Of a stretch of 64,000 nt of DNA, positions 36,022 through 44,720 are shown piece after piece. Source of the stretch: Phycisphaerae bacterium (lineage in GTDB: Bacteria; Planctomycetota; Phycisphaerae; FEN-1346); NCBI GenBank assembly GCA_046483505.1, contig JAWODB010000350.1, positions 218-64,217 on the forward strand. Reading direction: 5' to 3'. The position numbers and the translations under genes were made by a program. Every line of letters begins with the position of its first letter. Positions within the stretch are counted from its first letter, which is position 1. Below the pieces are notes generated by a model. That model did no database searches. It worked only from the letters and a program-made list of their open reading frames with translations, and was not told the DNA's origin.

Positions 36022-37482
36022 CTAGCGTTCCCTTCTACGGCGGAGGAGGATGCGCGTCAAGCCCAGGGCCGCAAGGGCCAGCGTGGCCGGCTCGGGGACG
36101 ATCGTCAGGGGCACGGTGACCTGGTTGCCGCTGGTCAGGCTCGCCTGGTACGTCAGGGTAAGGTCGCCCTCGCCGAGTCCCAGGGCGGCGACGTTGCCGA
36201 GGCTGGCGTCGGTGAACGTTTGGGCGTTCTCCATGTCCAGGTAGCCGATCATGTTGTCGTGGTCGTCGAGGGCCGAGTCGGCGGAGAGGTTCAGGAACGA
36301 GAGGTCGGGGTCCTCGCCGGTCAGCAGCCCCTCGGCGTAGATGTAGAGGAACTTGATGCCGTCGGCGCTGAGGACGACCTCGCCGGTCGAGGGGTCGTAC
36401 GTTCCGGTGGCGGTGCCGGGCGGGATGCCGGCTCCGACGGGCATCGGGACGCCGCCGCCGGCCGGTCCACCGCCCATACCGGTGTAGTTACGGAGCAGTT
36501 CGCCGGCGTCAAGGAGATCGACGTCGCCGTCGGCGTTGAAGTCGCCCTGGCCCCAGACCATGCCGCTGCCGCCCATGCCGGTGTAGTTGGCGAGGAGGCT
36601 GCCGGCGTCAAGAAGGTCAACGTCGCCGTCGGTGTCGGCGTCGCCCCAGAGGAGGAAGTGCGTCGTATCGTACGCGAGCGGCCACATGCGGTAGCCGGCG
36701 TGGTACGGCTCGCCGGTGGTGTCTTCCTGGTCAAAGATGGCGGTGAGGTTGAACGTGCCGGGGGGCGGGAGGACGGTGTCGAAGTTGCCCACATCGCCGC
36801 AGAACATGTCGAGCGTCTGGCCGGAGGCGTCTGTGATGGGCACCGCGGTGCCGTTGGCCCATCCCGCACCGGGGTCGAGGAGGGAGACGCCCGTCAGTTG
36901 GCACCACTGGCCCTGCCAGCGTTCGCCGCCCGTGGCGCGGTCCATCACGCCGTCCCCGTCGCTGTCGGTGGTATCGAAATAGTTGCAGTTGGCAATGCTC
37001 GGAATGGGTTGCGGGTCCGGCATGCCAACGTGGCCCAGTAGCGTGACCTCGAACTGGTCGACCATGCCGTGGCGGCTGTTGCAGTTGACCTTGCCGTTGT
37101 GGTCGCCGACGTAGCCGGTGACCCGGACGTGGTCGCCGGGCGAGAGGCTGCCGGTGTACGGGGGATAGTCCGGGAAGAAGGTGCCGGCCCACAGGGCGAT
37201 GCCGCTCTGGTCGTACGGGGCGGGGTTCGTCGGCAGGGCCTGGACGTACACCTGCCACATGACGTTCGTGTCGAGCATATCGTCGGGGGCGTTCAGGCAG
37301 ACGCCCTCGAACGTGACGGGGGTGGCCGGGTTAAGGGCCCCGTGCACCCCTTTGCCGGCCGAGTCGACGGCCTCGAGGTCCCAGATCTCCTCCAGGGCGG
37401 CAGCCGGTACGGCCGCGGCGGCGAGGGCGAGGGCGGCAACGAACAGGCCCAGGATGCATCCGAGGCGGTGGGTGGACGACAT
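36022..37482 (-). CDS. Secreted PEP-CTERM-anchored protein with two dockerin-like Ca-binding repeats
   Basis: 486 aa with a signal peptide, the repeats DADTDGDVDLLDAGSLLANYTGMGG and DFNADGDVDLLDAGELLRNYTGMGG, and a C-terminal VPEPATLALAALGLTRILLRRRRER. Confidence 0.75.
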   Translation of the reverse strand: MSSTHRLGCILGLFVAALALAAAAVPAAALEEIWDLEAVDSAGKGVHGALNPATPVTFEGVCLNAPDDMLDTNVMWQVYVQALPTNPAPYDQSGIALWAGTFFPDYPPYTGSLSPGDHVRVTGYVGDHNGKVNCNSRHGMVDQFEVTLLGHVGMPDPQPIPSIANCNYFDTTDSDGDGVMDRATGGERWQGQWCQLTGVSLLDPGAGWANGTAVPITDASGQTLDMFCGDVGNFDTVLPPPGTFNLTAIFDQEDTTGEPYHAGYRMWPLAYDTTHFLLWGDADTDGDVDLLDAGSLLANYTGMGGSGMVWGQGDFNADGDVDLLDAGELLRNYTGMGGGPAGGGVPMPVGAGIPPGTATGTYDPSTGEVVLSADGIKFLYIYAEGLLTGEDPDLSFLNLSADSALDDHDNMIGYLDMENAQTFTDASLGNVAALGLGEGDLTLTYQASLTSGNQVTVPLTIVPEPATLALAALGLTRILLRRRRER

Positions 37483-37802
37483 GGCAGGTCCCCTCCATAG
37501 TCCAGCGGTTCATGTGGTTCGGTTTGACGGCAGCGGGGAAGGGCGACGGGCGGGTCCACGATCGGTGGGTCATCGCCCGGCAGGCGGCCCCCTGTAACAC
37601 GACTTCTGAAAGCATAACACCCGTGGCGGGCATTGTCAAGGCGCCGTGTAACTTTTTTCGTCCACGTGTTACTCCGCGCTCGGCAGCCCGACTTTTTGCC
37701 CTTGTGGTGGGCGAAAAGAACCACAATAATGGCAGCGCCGTGTTACCGGCAAGGCAGAGGTGCCACAAAAGGGCGCGCGAGGAATCGGAAGGAGCAGGCC
37801 GG

Positions 37803-38648
37803 ATGGCCCGCACACCGCTCATTCTGGCACTCGTCGTCCTCTTGGCCGGGGGCTGCGCGGACGGACCGGCCGATTCCGCCGAACCGCCGGCGCGCATCGC
37901 CGTCGCCACGTCCTACCTGGGGGCGGCCGCACGCGACCTCCTGAACGAGGACGTGCCGCTCGTGGAACTCTGCGGCCCGGGCACGTGCCCCGGCCATTTC
38001 GACGTGACGCCGGGCCACCTCGTCCGGATTCGCCGGTGCCGGCTGCTCCTGCGGTTCGACTTCCAGAAGCATTTCGACGCCAAACTACGGGCGGCCGTAG
38101 ACGACGGCCTCGCCGTCGTCGAGGTGCCCGAGTCCGGCGGCCTGGGCGAGCCGGAGACGTACCGCACCGCTTGCCGGACGGTGGCCGATGCCCTCGTGCG
38201 GAAGGGCATGCTGTCGCAGCCGGCGGCGGAGGCGCGGCTCCGGGACATCGGCTTGCGCCTGGAACGCCTGGCCGTGGCCGTCCGCTCGGACGTCCGCGAG
38301 GCCGGCCTCGTCGGGACGGCGGTCGTGGCGGCCCATCATCAGGCCCGCTTCTGCCGGTGGCTGGGGCTGGAGGTGGCGGGTGAGTTCCAGGCCTCGGACG
38401 ACCCGGCCGCGCTCAACCGGGCCGTCGCCGACGCCCGCGCCGCCAAGGCGCGACTGGTTGTCGGGAACGTGCCGGCGGGCCGCGTACTGGCCGACCGCCT
38501 GGCCGGGGCACTGGGCGCGCCGGTCGTCATGTTCGAGAACTTCCCGGCCGCCGGCGACGGCCGGCGCGGCTACGACGGGATGGTCCGGCGGAACGTGGCA
38601 CGGCTCTGCGCGGCGGGTGGGGGACCCCGCTCACCCCGAGCACAGTAG
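37803..38648 (+). CDS. Metal ABC transporter substrate-binding lipoprotein (TroA/ZnuA-like, divergent)
   Basis: ATG at 37803 in ORF 37512..38648. It has a lipobox (LLAGGC) and IAVATSYLG..CGPGTCPGHFDVTPG. It lies in an operon with the ABC ATPase and permease. Confidence 0.6.
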   Translation: MARTPLILALVVLLAGGCADGPADSAEPPARIAVATSYLGAAARDLLNEDVPLVELCGPGTCPGHFDVTPGHLVRIRRCRLLLRFDFQKHFDAKLRAAVDDGLAVVEVPESGGLGEPETYRTACRTVADALVRKGMLSQPAAEARLRDIGLRLERLAVAVRSDVREAGLVGTAVVAAHHQARFCRWLGLEVAGEFQASDDPAALNRAVADARAAKARLVVGNVPAGRVLADRLAGALGAPVVMFENFPAAGDGRRGYDGMVRRNVARLCAAGGGPRSPRAQ

Positions 38649-38653
38649 TATGC

Positions 38654-38734
38654 CGCGCGGTGGCCGTCCCCGGCCACCGCGCCGCTGGTGATGGAGAGTG
38701 TTCCGCGCGGCGGGCCAGGAGCCCCGCCGCGCGG
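38654..38734. repeat. REP family A-like pair inside the metal ABC transporter operon
   Basis: CGCGCGGTGGCCGTCCCCGGCCACCGCGC and CCGCGCGGCGGGCCAGGAGCCCCGCCGCGCGG lie between the SBP stop (38648) and the ATPase start (38789). Confidence 0.8.
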
Positions 38735-38788
38735 GAAGTGGTGTGGACGGGCCGGGACCGCAGGACGAGAAGCCGTAAAGGAAACGCC

Positions 38789-39592
38789 GTGACCGCCGAC
38801 GCCGTCATCGACCTGCGAGCCGTCCACGTCCGGGCCGGCCGGCGGACCATCCTCGGCGTGGACGCCCTCGCGGTCGGTGCGGGCGAGTTCGTCGCGGTCA
38901 TCGGGCCGAACGGCGCGGGCAAGAGTACGCTGCTGAAGATGCTCATCGGCGTCCAGCGGGCGACCGGCAGCGTCCGTGTCCTTGGCCGGACGGTCGGGGA
39001 CCTGACGGCGGGCGACCTCGCCCGGCTGCGCCGGCGCATTGGCTACGTGCCGCAGGTCCTGGCCGAGCGGACCGAACTGCCGCTGACCCTGCGCGAGGTC
39101 GTCGCCATCGGGCGGACGGGCATCGCGGGTCTCGGCCGTCGTCTCCGCCGCGACGACTGGCGGCAGGTGGACGAATGGCTGGAGCGGCTGGGCCTCGCGG
39201 ACCTCGCCGGGCAGGCGTACAGCGACCTTTCCGGCGGCGAGCAGCGCAAGGGCCTCATCGCCAAGGCGATGGTCCAGGACCCCGAGGTCCTCCTCCTGGA
39301 CGAGCCGACCGCCAACCTCGACCTGGCGTGGCGTGAACGCATTGTCGAGACGCTCGAAGCCCTCTTCCGCGACGTGCCCGTGACGGTGCTGCTCGTCTGC
39401 CACGATCTGGAGGTCATCCCGGCGTGCTGCGGGCGGCTGGTGCTGCTGGAGGGCGGGCGGATCACGGCCGACGGGACGCCCGCCCAGGTCCTCACCTCCG
39501 ACCGCGTGGCCCGTCTGTACGGGGCGCACCTGGAGGTGCTGCACCGCCGCGGACGGTACGTCGTCGTGCCGCAGGGGGGCGAGACGGCATGA
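38789..39592 (+). CDS. Metal ABC transporter ATP-binding protein (ZnuC-like)
   Basis: GTG at 38789 in ORF 38660..39592, preceded by AAAGGAAA. Motifs: Walker A GPNGAGKSTLL, signature LSGGEQRK, Walker B LLLDEPT. Confidence 0.85.
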   Translation: MTADAVIDLRAVHVRAGRRTILGVDALAVGAGEFVAVIGPNGAGKSTLLKMLIGVQRATGSVRVLGRTVGDLTAGDLARLRRRIGYVPQVLAERTELPLTLREVVAIGRTGIAGLGRRLRRDDWRQVDEWLERLGLADLAGQAYSDLSGGEQRKGLIAKAMVQDPEVLLLDEPTANLDLAWRERIVETLEALFRDVPVTVLLVCHDLEVIPACCGRLVLLEGGRITADGTPAQVLTSDRVARLYGAHLEVLHRRGRYVVVPQGGETA

Positions 39593-40419
39593 GTGTCGAA
39601 CTGGGGTTCTGGGCTCCCGTGATAACGGCCGGGGCGTTGGCCGGGGCGTCCACCGGTCTGCTGGGCGTCTACATTATAGGCATGCGGATTCCGTTCCTGG
39701 GGGTGTGCGTGGCCCACGCGGCCCTGGCGGGCGCGGTGTTCGGCTCGCTGGCGGGACTGACGGGGCAGGCCCTGCTCGTGCCGGCGCTGGTGGCGGCGCT
39801 CGCGACGGCCCTGGCGCTCGGGCTGGCGGACCCGCGACGGCTGCGGGCGGACGTCAACGTCGTCATGGGCCTGCTGTTCACGCTGACGATGGGCCTGGCG
39901 TTTCTCGGGGTCGGCCTGTTTCCGCGGTTCGGCCGCAGCGCGAGCGAGGCGTTCGGCCTGCTGTGGGGGAGTTTGACGTTCTGCAGTTGGCGGGACGTGG
40001 CCCTGATGGTGCCGCTGACGGCCGTCGAGGTCGCCTTCGTCCTCCTCTTCTATAAGGAGATGCGGGCGATCATGTTCTCGCGGGAGCACGCGGCCGCGGC
40101 GGGCGTGCGGGTGGGCCTGGTGTGGACGGCGTTCCTGTTCCTCGCCAGCGCGGTCCTGACGGTCAACTTCAAGATCGTCGGCGGGCTGATGATCTACAGC
40201 CTGATGGCGAACCCGGCGGCGGCGGCGTTTCAACTGGTCCGCGGACACGGGCGGGCGCTGGTGCTCGCCGTCGCCCTCGGCACCGTCAGCGGCGTGGGCG
40301 GGTTCCTCATCGCCCTCGTGGCCGAACTGCCCACCGGGGCGACGATCGTGATCCTCTCCTCGGCCCTGGTCGGCGCGGCGGCCTTGGGCGCTCGGCTGTG
40401 GGGTCTCAAGCGGCAATGA
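39589..40419 (+). CDS. Metal ABC transporter permease (ABC-3/ZnuB-like)
   Basis: The ATG at 39589 overlaps the upstream stop (ATGA). 276 aa, polytopic. Typical ABC-3 segments: LGVYIIGMRIPFLG, LWGSL. Confidence 0.85.
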   Translation: MSVELGFWAPVITAGALAGASTGLLGVYIIGMRIPFLGVCVAHAALAGAVFGSLAGLTGQALLVPALVAALATALALGLADPRRLRADVNVVMGLLFTLTMGLAFLGVGLFPRFGRSASEAFGLLWGSLTFCSWRDVALMVPLTAVEVAFVLLFYKEMRAIMFSREHAAAAGVRVGLVWTAFLFLASAVLTVNFKIVGGLMIYSLMANPAAAAFQLVRGHGRALVLAVALGTVSGVGGFLIALVAELPTGATIVILSSALVGAAALGARLWGLKRQ

Positions 40420-40447
40420 TGAACAAGGAATGATGAACGCCGAATGG

Positions 40448-40519
40448 CTAAGAGCCTATCCGGATAACCCTCTGGCTTCGGCCTGAGGCCGACGAGGGGT
40501 TATCCGGACAGGCTCTAAG
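40448..40519. repeat. Palindromic element family B (AGAGCCTATCCGGATAACCC arms), compact copy
   Basis: The full sequence is CTAAGAGCCTATCCGGATAACCCTCTGGCTTCGGCCTGAGGCCGACGAGGGGTTATCCGGACAGGCTCTAAG. It folds as one long hairpin. Confidence 0.8.
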
Positions 40520-40560
40520 GGCGCGCGTCGGATGAGGGCGCCGCGCCGGCCCGAAAATCC

Positions 40561-40588
40561 TTGACCCCTCGGCCCGGCCGGGTAGAAT
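40561..40588 (+). promoter_or_regulatory. Sigma70-like promoter of the por operon
   Basis: TTGACC (40561-66), 16-nt spacer, TAGAAT (40583-88). It lies about 70 nt upstream of the porG ATG. Confidence 0.45.
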
Positions 40589-40659
40589 GTTTGGGCCTTC
40601 CTTTGGTTTGCTTACCTAGCCAGGTCAGACCAGGAGCCCCGAGGCAGGAGAGCCGCAGC

Positions 40660-41205
40660 ATGCTGAAAGAGATTCGGATTCACGGCCGGGGTGGCCAGGG
40701 CAGCGTGACCGCTGCCGAGGTCCTCGCCAAGGCCGCCTTCAAGGACGGGACGACCAGCCAGGCGTTCCCCGCGTTCGGGTCCGAGCGGATGGGTGCCCCG
40801 GTGCAGGCGTTCGTGCGCCTCTCGGACAAGCCGATCCGGAGCCGCGCCGTCATCGAGGAACCGGACTACCTGATCGTCCAGGACCCCACCCTGTTCGGCC
40901 TGGTCGACGTGTTCCACGGCATCAAGGACGGCGGCATCGCGGTCGTTAATACCGAGAAGCCCGACGAGATCGACGTGCCCGACGGCGTCAGCCTGAAGGA
41001 CGTGGCCGGCACGCGCATCGCCATGGACGTCATCGGCCGGCCCATCCCGAACATGGTCATGGTGGGCGCGTTCGCGGGCATGACGGGCCTCGTGAGCCTG
41101 GAATCGATCCAGGCGGCCGTCAAGGAACGGTTCCCCGGCAAGGTGGGCGACCTGAATGCCGAGGCCGTCGAGCAGGCGTACAATGCCGCCAAGGGAGAGA
41201 AGTAA
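40660..41205 (+). CDS. porG: 2-oxoacid (pyruvate-type):ferredoxin oxidoreductase gamma subunit
   Basis: ATG at 40660 in ORF 40561..41205. Motifs: IRIHGRGGQGSVTAAEVLAKAAF, FPAFGSERMGAPV. Confidence 0.8.
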   Translation: MLKEIRIHGRGGQGSVTAAEVLAKAAFKDGTTSQAFPAFGSERMGAPVQAFVRLSDKPIRSRAVIEEPDYLIVQDPTLFGLVDVFHGIKDGGIAVVNTEKPDEIDVPDGVSLKDVAGTRIAMDVIGRPIPNMVMVGAFAGMTGLVSLESIQAAVKERFPGKVGDLNAEAVEQAYNAAKGEK

Positions 41206-41206
41206 G

Positions 41207-41234
41207 GGCGAACGCGGAATGCGGAACGCGGAAC
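41207..41234. repeat. Tandem heptamer array (GCGGAAC-type x4) between porG and porD
   Basis: GGCGAAC GCGGAAT GCGGAAC GCGGAAC, nearly identical to the start of the array at 20912. Confidence 0.75.
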
Positions 41235-41256
41235 AAACGACATAAGAGGAATAGCC

Positions 41257-41577
41257 ATGTCCAACGAGTTGTTGAGCACCGAGAAACTGTCCATCGGCTG
41301 CGTGGCCCCGCCCGGCGAGAGCATGGTCAATAAGACCGGCACCTGGCGGACGCAGCGGCCCGTCTTCAAGAACGAGGCCTGCATCGGCTGCCGCGCCTGC
41401 GAACTGGCGTGCCCGGAGGGCTGCGTCTTCGAGGACACCGAGCACACGCACACGCTCGAGGGCAAGGACCGCGAGGTCACCAACCGCGAGTTCGATCCGG
41501 ACTTCTGCAAGGGGTGCGGCATCTGCGCCACGGAGTGCCCCGTCGACGACATTGACATGGTCATGGAGGAGAAGTGA
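41257..41577 (+). CDS. porD: 2-oxoacid:ferredoxin oxidoreductase delta subunit (2x[4Fe-4S] ferredoxin)
   Basis: 106 aa with CIGCRACELACP and CKGCGICATECP. Confidence 0.85.
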   Translation: MSNELLSTEKLSIGCVAPPGESMVNKTGTWRTQRPVFKNEACIGCRACELACPEGCVFEDTEHTHTLEGKDREVTNREFDPDFCKGCGICATECPVDDIDMVMEEK

Positions 41578-42776
41578 TGGCCGAGACCCAGGAAATCCTC
41601 GAAGGCGCGATGGCCGTCGCCCACGCCGTCTCCCGCTGCCGGCCGGAGGTTGTCGCGGCCTACCCCATTACGCCGCAGACCCACATCTCGGAGGAACTCT
41701 CGCAGATCGTGGCCGACGGCGACCTCGACGCCGAGTTCGTCAAGGTGGAGAGCGAGTTCGGTGCGGCCAGCGTCTGCTGCGGCGCCAGCGCCACCGGCGC
41801 CCGCGCCTACACCGCCACCTCCAGCCAGGGCCTGCTGCTGATGAGCGAGGTCCTCTGGAACATCGCGGGCATGCGGCTGCCGGTGGTCCTGGCGTGTGCG
41901 AACCGGTCCATCTCGGCCCCGCTTTCCATCTGGTGCGACCACCAGGACGCCGAGGCCGTCCGCGACGCCGGCATCATCCAGTTCTACGCCGAGGACAACC
42001 AGGAGGCGTGCGACCAGCACCTCATCGCCTACAAGGTGGCCGAGGATCGCCGCGTCCTCCTGCCCGCCATGGTCAACCTGGACGGGTTCCTGCTGACGCA
42101 CGTCTTCGAGCCGACGATCCTCCCGGACCAGGAACTCTCCGACAAGTACCTGCCGCCGTACGAGGCGGTCATGAAACTCGACGTGGACGACCCCGCCACG
42201 TTCGGCGCGTTCACCGAGCCCGACAAGTGCATGGAGGGCCGGTGGATGGTCCACGACGCCTGCCGCCGCAGCCTGCCGGTCATCGAGGAAGCGTCGGCGG
42301 AGTTCGAGAAACTCTTCGGCCGGGCCAGCGGCGGCCTCATCGAGGAGTTTCACACCGACGACGCCGAGATCATCCTCGTGGCCAAGGGGTCCCTTTGCGG
42401 CACCATCAAGGACGTGGTCGAGGAGATGCGCGGCGAGGGGACGAAGGTCGGCCTCATGCGGATCAAGACGTACCGCCCCTGGCCGGACGAGGCCGTCCTG
42501 AATTGCCTGAAGAACGCCAAACACATCGCCGTCATCGAGCGGGGCGCCTCGTTCGGCGCCGGCGGCGTCATGACGCCGGAACTCAAAGAGACGCTCTTCG
42601 ACGCCGGATTGCAGATTCCCGTGAGCGGGTACTGCGTCCAGTTGGGCGGCCGGGAGGTGCCCCCGGACGGCATCCGCGAGATCGTCGACCGCGCCGCCAA
42701 GGGCGAGAAGCAGACCGCGTACGAGTACTTCCGCCTCCGAGAGGAGATCCTCCCGGACCTCGTGCCGGGGGCGTGA
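41574..42776 (+). CDS. porA: 2-oxoacid:ferredoxin oxidoreductase alpha subunit
   Basis: 400 aa with GAMAVAHAVSRCRPEVVAAYPITPQT and ATSSQGLLLM. The start overlaps the porD stop. Confidence 0.88.
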   Translation: MMAETQEILEGAMAVAHAVSRCRPEVVAAYPITPQTHISEELSQIVADGDLDAEFVKVESEFGAASVCCGASATGARAYTATSSQGLLLMSEVLWNIAGMRLPVVLACANRSISAPLSIWCDHQDAEAVRDAGIIQFYAEDNQEACDQHLIAYKVAEDRRVLLPAMVNLDGFLLTHVFEPTILPDQELSDKYLPPYEAVMKLDVDDPATFGAFTEPDKCMEGRWMVHDACRRSLPVIEEASAEFEKLFGRASGGLIEEFHTDDAEIILVAKGSLCGTIKDVVEEMRGEGTKVGLMRIKTYRPWPDEAVLNCLKNAKHIAVIERGASFGAGGVMTPELKETLFDAGLQIPVSGYCVQLGGREVPPDGIREIVDRAAKGEKQTAYEYFRLREEILPDLVPGA

Positions 42777-42794
42777 ACGCGGGCGCGCCATGTT

Positions 42795-42821
42795 GCGCGG
42801 CGGGTCTCCGCACCCGCCGCG
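42795..42821. repeat. REP family A single copy downstream of porA
   Basis: GCGCGGCGGGTCTCCGCACCCGCCGCG. Confidence 0.85.
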
Positions 42822-42943
42822 TGAAGTGGGAAAGCCAACATTCCCGCGCGTGTATCTCCCGATGCACCGCGCCAAGAGAGTCGCAGGGTGGGTGCTTGCG
42901 CCCACACAGACCAGGGGCAGACGAGGTCGAACGGGGCGGACCC

Positions 42944-43273
42944 ATGCTTCGCGTCATCGACCGGGAAACGATTGACGAGGCGGCCCGCCGCCTCCTGGAG
43001 GCGGCGCCGGACGGGTCGCGCGTCATCCTGTTCGGCTCCTACGCCCGCGGCGACGCCGACCCGCGAAGCGACGTCGACTTCCTCGTCGTCGAGCCGGAGG
43101 TCGCGGACGTGGTCGCCGAGGAGGTGCGGCTGATCAACGCCATGCGTCCGATGCGGCTGGCCGTCGATGTGGCCGTGATGAGCGCGAAGGAATTCGACTC
43201 CTGGAAAGATACGCCGAACACGCTGGCGTACCGAGCGGTCCGGGAAGGCGAAACACATGGACCGCTCCGATGA
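42944..43273 (+). CDS. Minimal nucleotidyltransferase (MNT/MntA-type antitoxin)
   Basis: ATG at 42944 in frame of ORF 41552..43273. 109 aa with the NTase motif LFGSYARGDADPRSDVDFLVV. Confidence 0.8.
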   Translation: MLRVIDRETIDEAARRLLEAAPDGSRVILFGSYARGDADPRSDVDFLVVEPEVADVVAEEVRLINAMRPMRLAVDVAVMSAKEFDSWKDTPNTLAYRAVREGETHGPLR

Positions 43274-43658
43274 TCGCGCGGCAGTGCTCTTCGAGAAGGG
43301 GGCGGAAGACCGGTGCATGCTGAATGTGCTGGCCGACGACGCGAAGGTTCCGGCATCGGGGGTGGCGTTTCACGCCCAGCAGGCTGTTGAGAAGTTCATG
43401 AAGGCGGTGCTGGCCAACGAGGGAGTTGTCTTTCCGCGGACGCATAACCTGGCCCTGCTGATTGATATGCTGGCCGATAACGGCGTGCCGCTGCCGCCCG
43501 AGAGCGAGAGACTCGTGGTGCTGACGCCTTACGCCGCCCACTTTCGTTACGACAGGGCGGTCCGCGGCGAATCGAGCGACGAGACACTCGATCGGCAGTG
43601 GCTGAAGACCTGCGTAAGCCGGACCGAAGCGTGGGCCAAGGCCCTGCTCGGTTACTGA
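43257..43658 (+). CDS. HEPN-domain protein (HepT-type toxin partner of MNT)
   Basis: 133 aa that overlaps the MNT gene by 17 nt. HEPN-like helices: AFHAQQAVEKFMKAVL, FPRTHNLALLIDML. Confidence 0.78.
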   Translation: MDRSDDRAAVLFEKGAEDRCMLNVLADDAKVPASGVAFHAQQAVEKFMKAVLANEGVVFPRTHNLALLIDMLADNGVPLPPESERLVVLTPYAAHFRYDRAVRGESSDETLDRQWLKTCVSRTEAWAKALLGY

Positions 43659-43725
43659 GACGGTTGGCGCGGCAGCTACACAGGTAGGTCGCGCAAAGCA
43701 TCACATACGATTGGAGGAGCAAAAC

Positions 43726-44706
43726 GTGGCATCAGCCGAACTCTTCGATTACACCGACCGCGTCCTGAAACCGGGGTACACCTCGTGCCTGGGCTGCGGC
43801 GAGGCGCTGGCGATGCGCATCGTCGCCCAGGCCATCGGCCCGAAGGCCGTCTTCACCAACTGCACGGGCTGCTCGGAGATCTTCACCTCGCGCTACCCCA
43901 CGTCCTCGTGGTCGGCGCCGTGGATCCACAGCCTGTTCGAGAACTCCGCCGCCATCGCCTCCGGCGTCTACTACGCCCTCAAGCACAAGGGCAAACTCGA
44001 CGGCGTCCACGTCATCGGCACGGGCGGCGACGGCGGGACCGCCGACATCGGCCTCCAGTGCCTCTCCGGGGCGGCCGAGCGCGGCGACGAGTTCCTCTAC
44101 TGCTGCTGGGACAACGAGGCCTACATGAACACCGGGATCCAGCGGTCCAGCCTCACACCGCTCGACGCCGCCACCACCACCAGCCCGTCCGGGAAGGTCT
44201 CCTGGGGCAACGACCGGCCGAAGAAGGATCTGCCCGGCATCATGGCCGCCCATAACCTGCCGTACATCGGCGTGGGCTCGTGCGGCTACTACCGCGAACT
44301 GCCGAGGATGGTCAAGAAGGCCCTCTCGTACCCCGGGCCGAAGTACCTCCAGGTCCACGCCGTCTGCCCCTTGGGGTGGCGGAGCGATCCGGCCAAGTCG
44401 TGCGAACTGGCACGCCTGGCCTTCCAGACGGGCTGCTATCCCCTGTATGAGATCATCGAGGGCGAGACCACGCCCCACAAGCCGCCCAAGGGCGGGTGGA
44501 AGCCCGTCGAGGAGTATCTCAAGCCGCAGGGACGCTTCCGCCACCTCTTCCGCCAGGCGGACGGCGAAGAGCAGATTGCACGCATCCAGGCCCTGGCCGC
44601 CGGCAACATCCGACGCTTCTACGGCGACGACGAGGTCCCGGACTTTGCCAGAGAGGCCGAGAAGAAGACCGCCGACGCCAAACAGGAGGCCGAGGCGACG
44701 GCGTAG
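43726..44706 (+). CDS. porB: 2-oxoacid:ferredoxin oxidoreductase beta subunit (TPP-binding)
   Basis: ORF 43711..44706. The GTG at 43726 lies 6-7 nt after GGAGGAG. Motifs: CLGCGEALAMR, GTGGDGGTADIG, DNEAYMNTGIQRS. Confidence 0.88.
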   Translation: MASAELFDYTDRVLKPGYTSCLGCGEALAMRIVAQAIGPKAVFTNCTGCSEIFTSRYPTSSWSAPWIHSLFENSAAIASGVYYALKHKGKLDGVHVIGTGGDGGTADIGLQCLSGAAERGDEFLYCCWDNEAYMNTGIQRSSLTPLDAATTTSPSGKVSWGNDRPKKDLPGIMAAHNLPYIGVGSCGYYRELPRMVKKALSYPGPKYLQVHAVCPLGWRSDPAKSCELARLAFQTGCYPLYEIIEGETTPHKPPKGGWKPVEEYLKPQGRFRHLFRQADGEEQIARIQALAAGNIRRFYGDDEVPDFAREAEKKTADAKQEAEATA

Positions 44707-44720
44707 GACAACAGCGTGAA

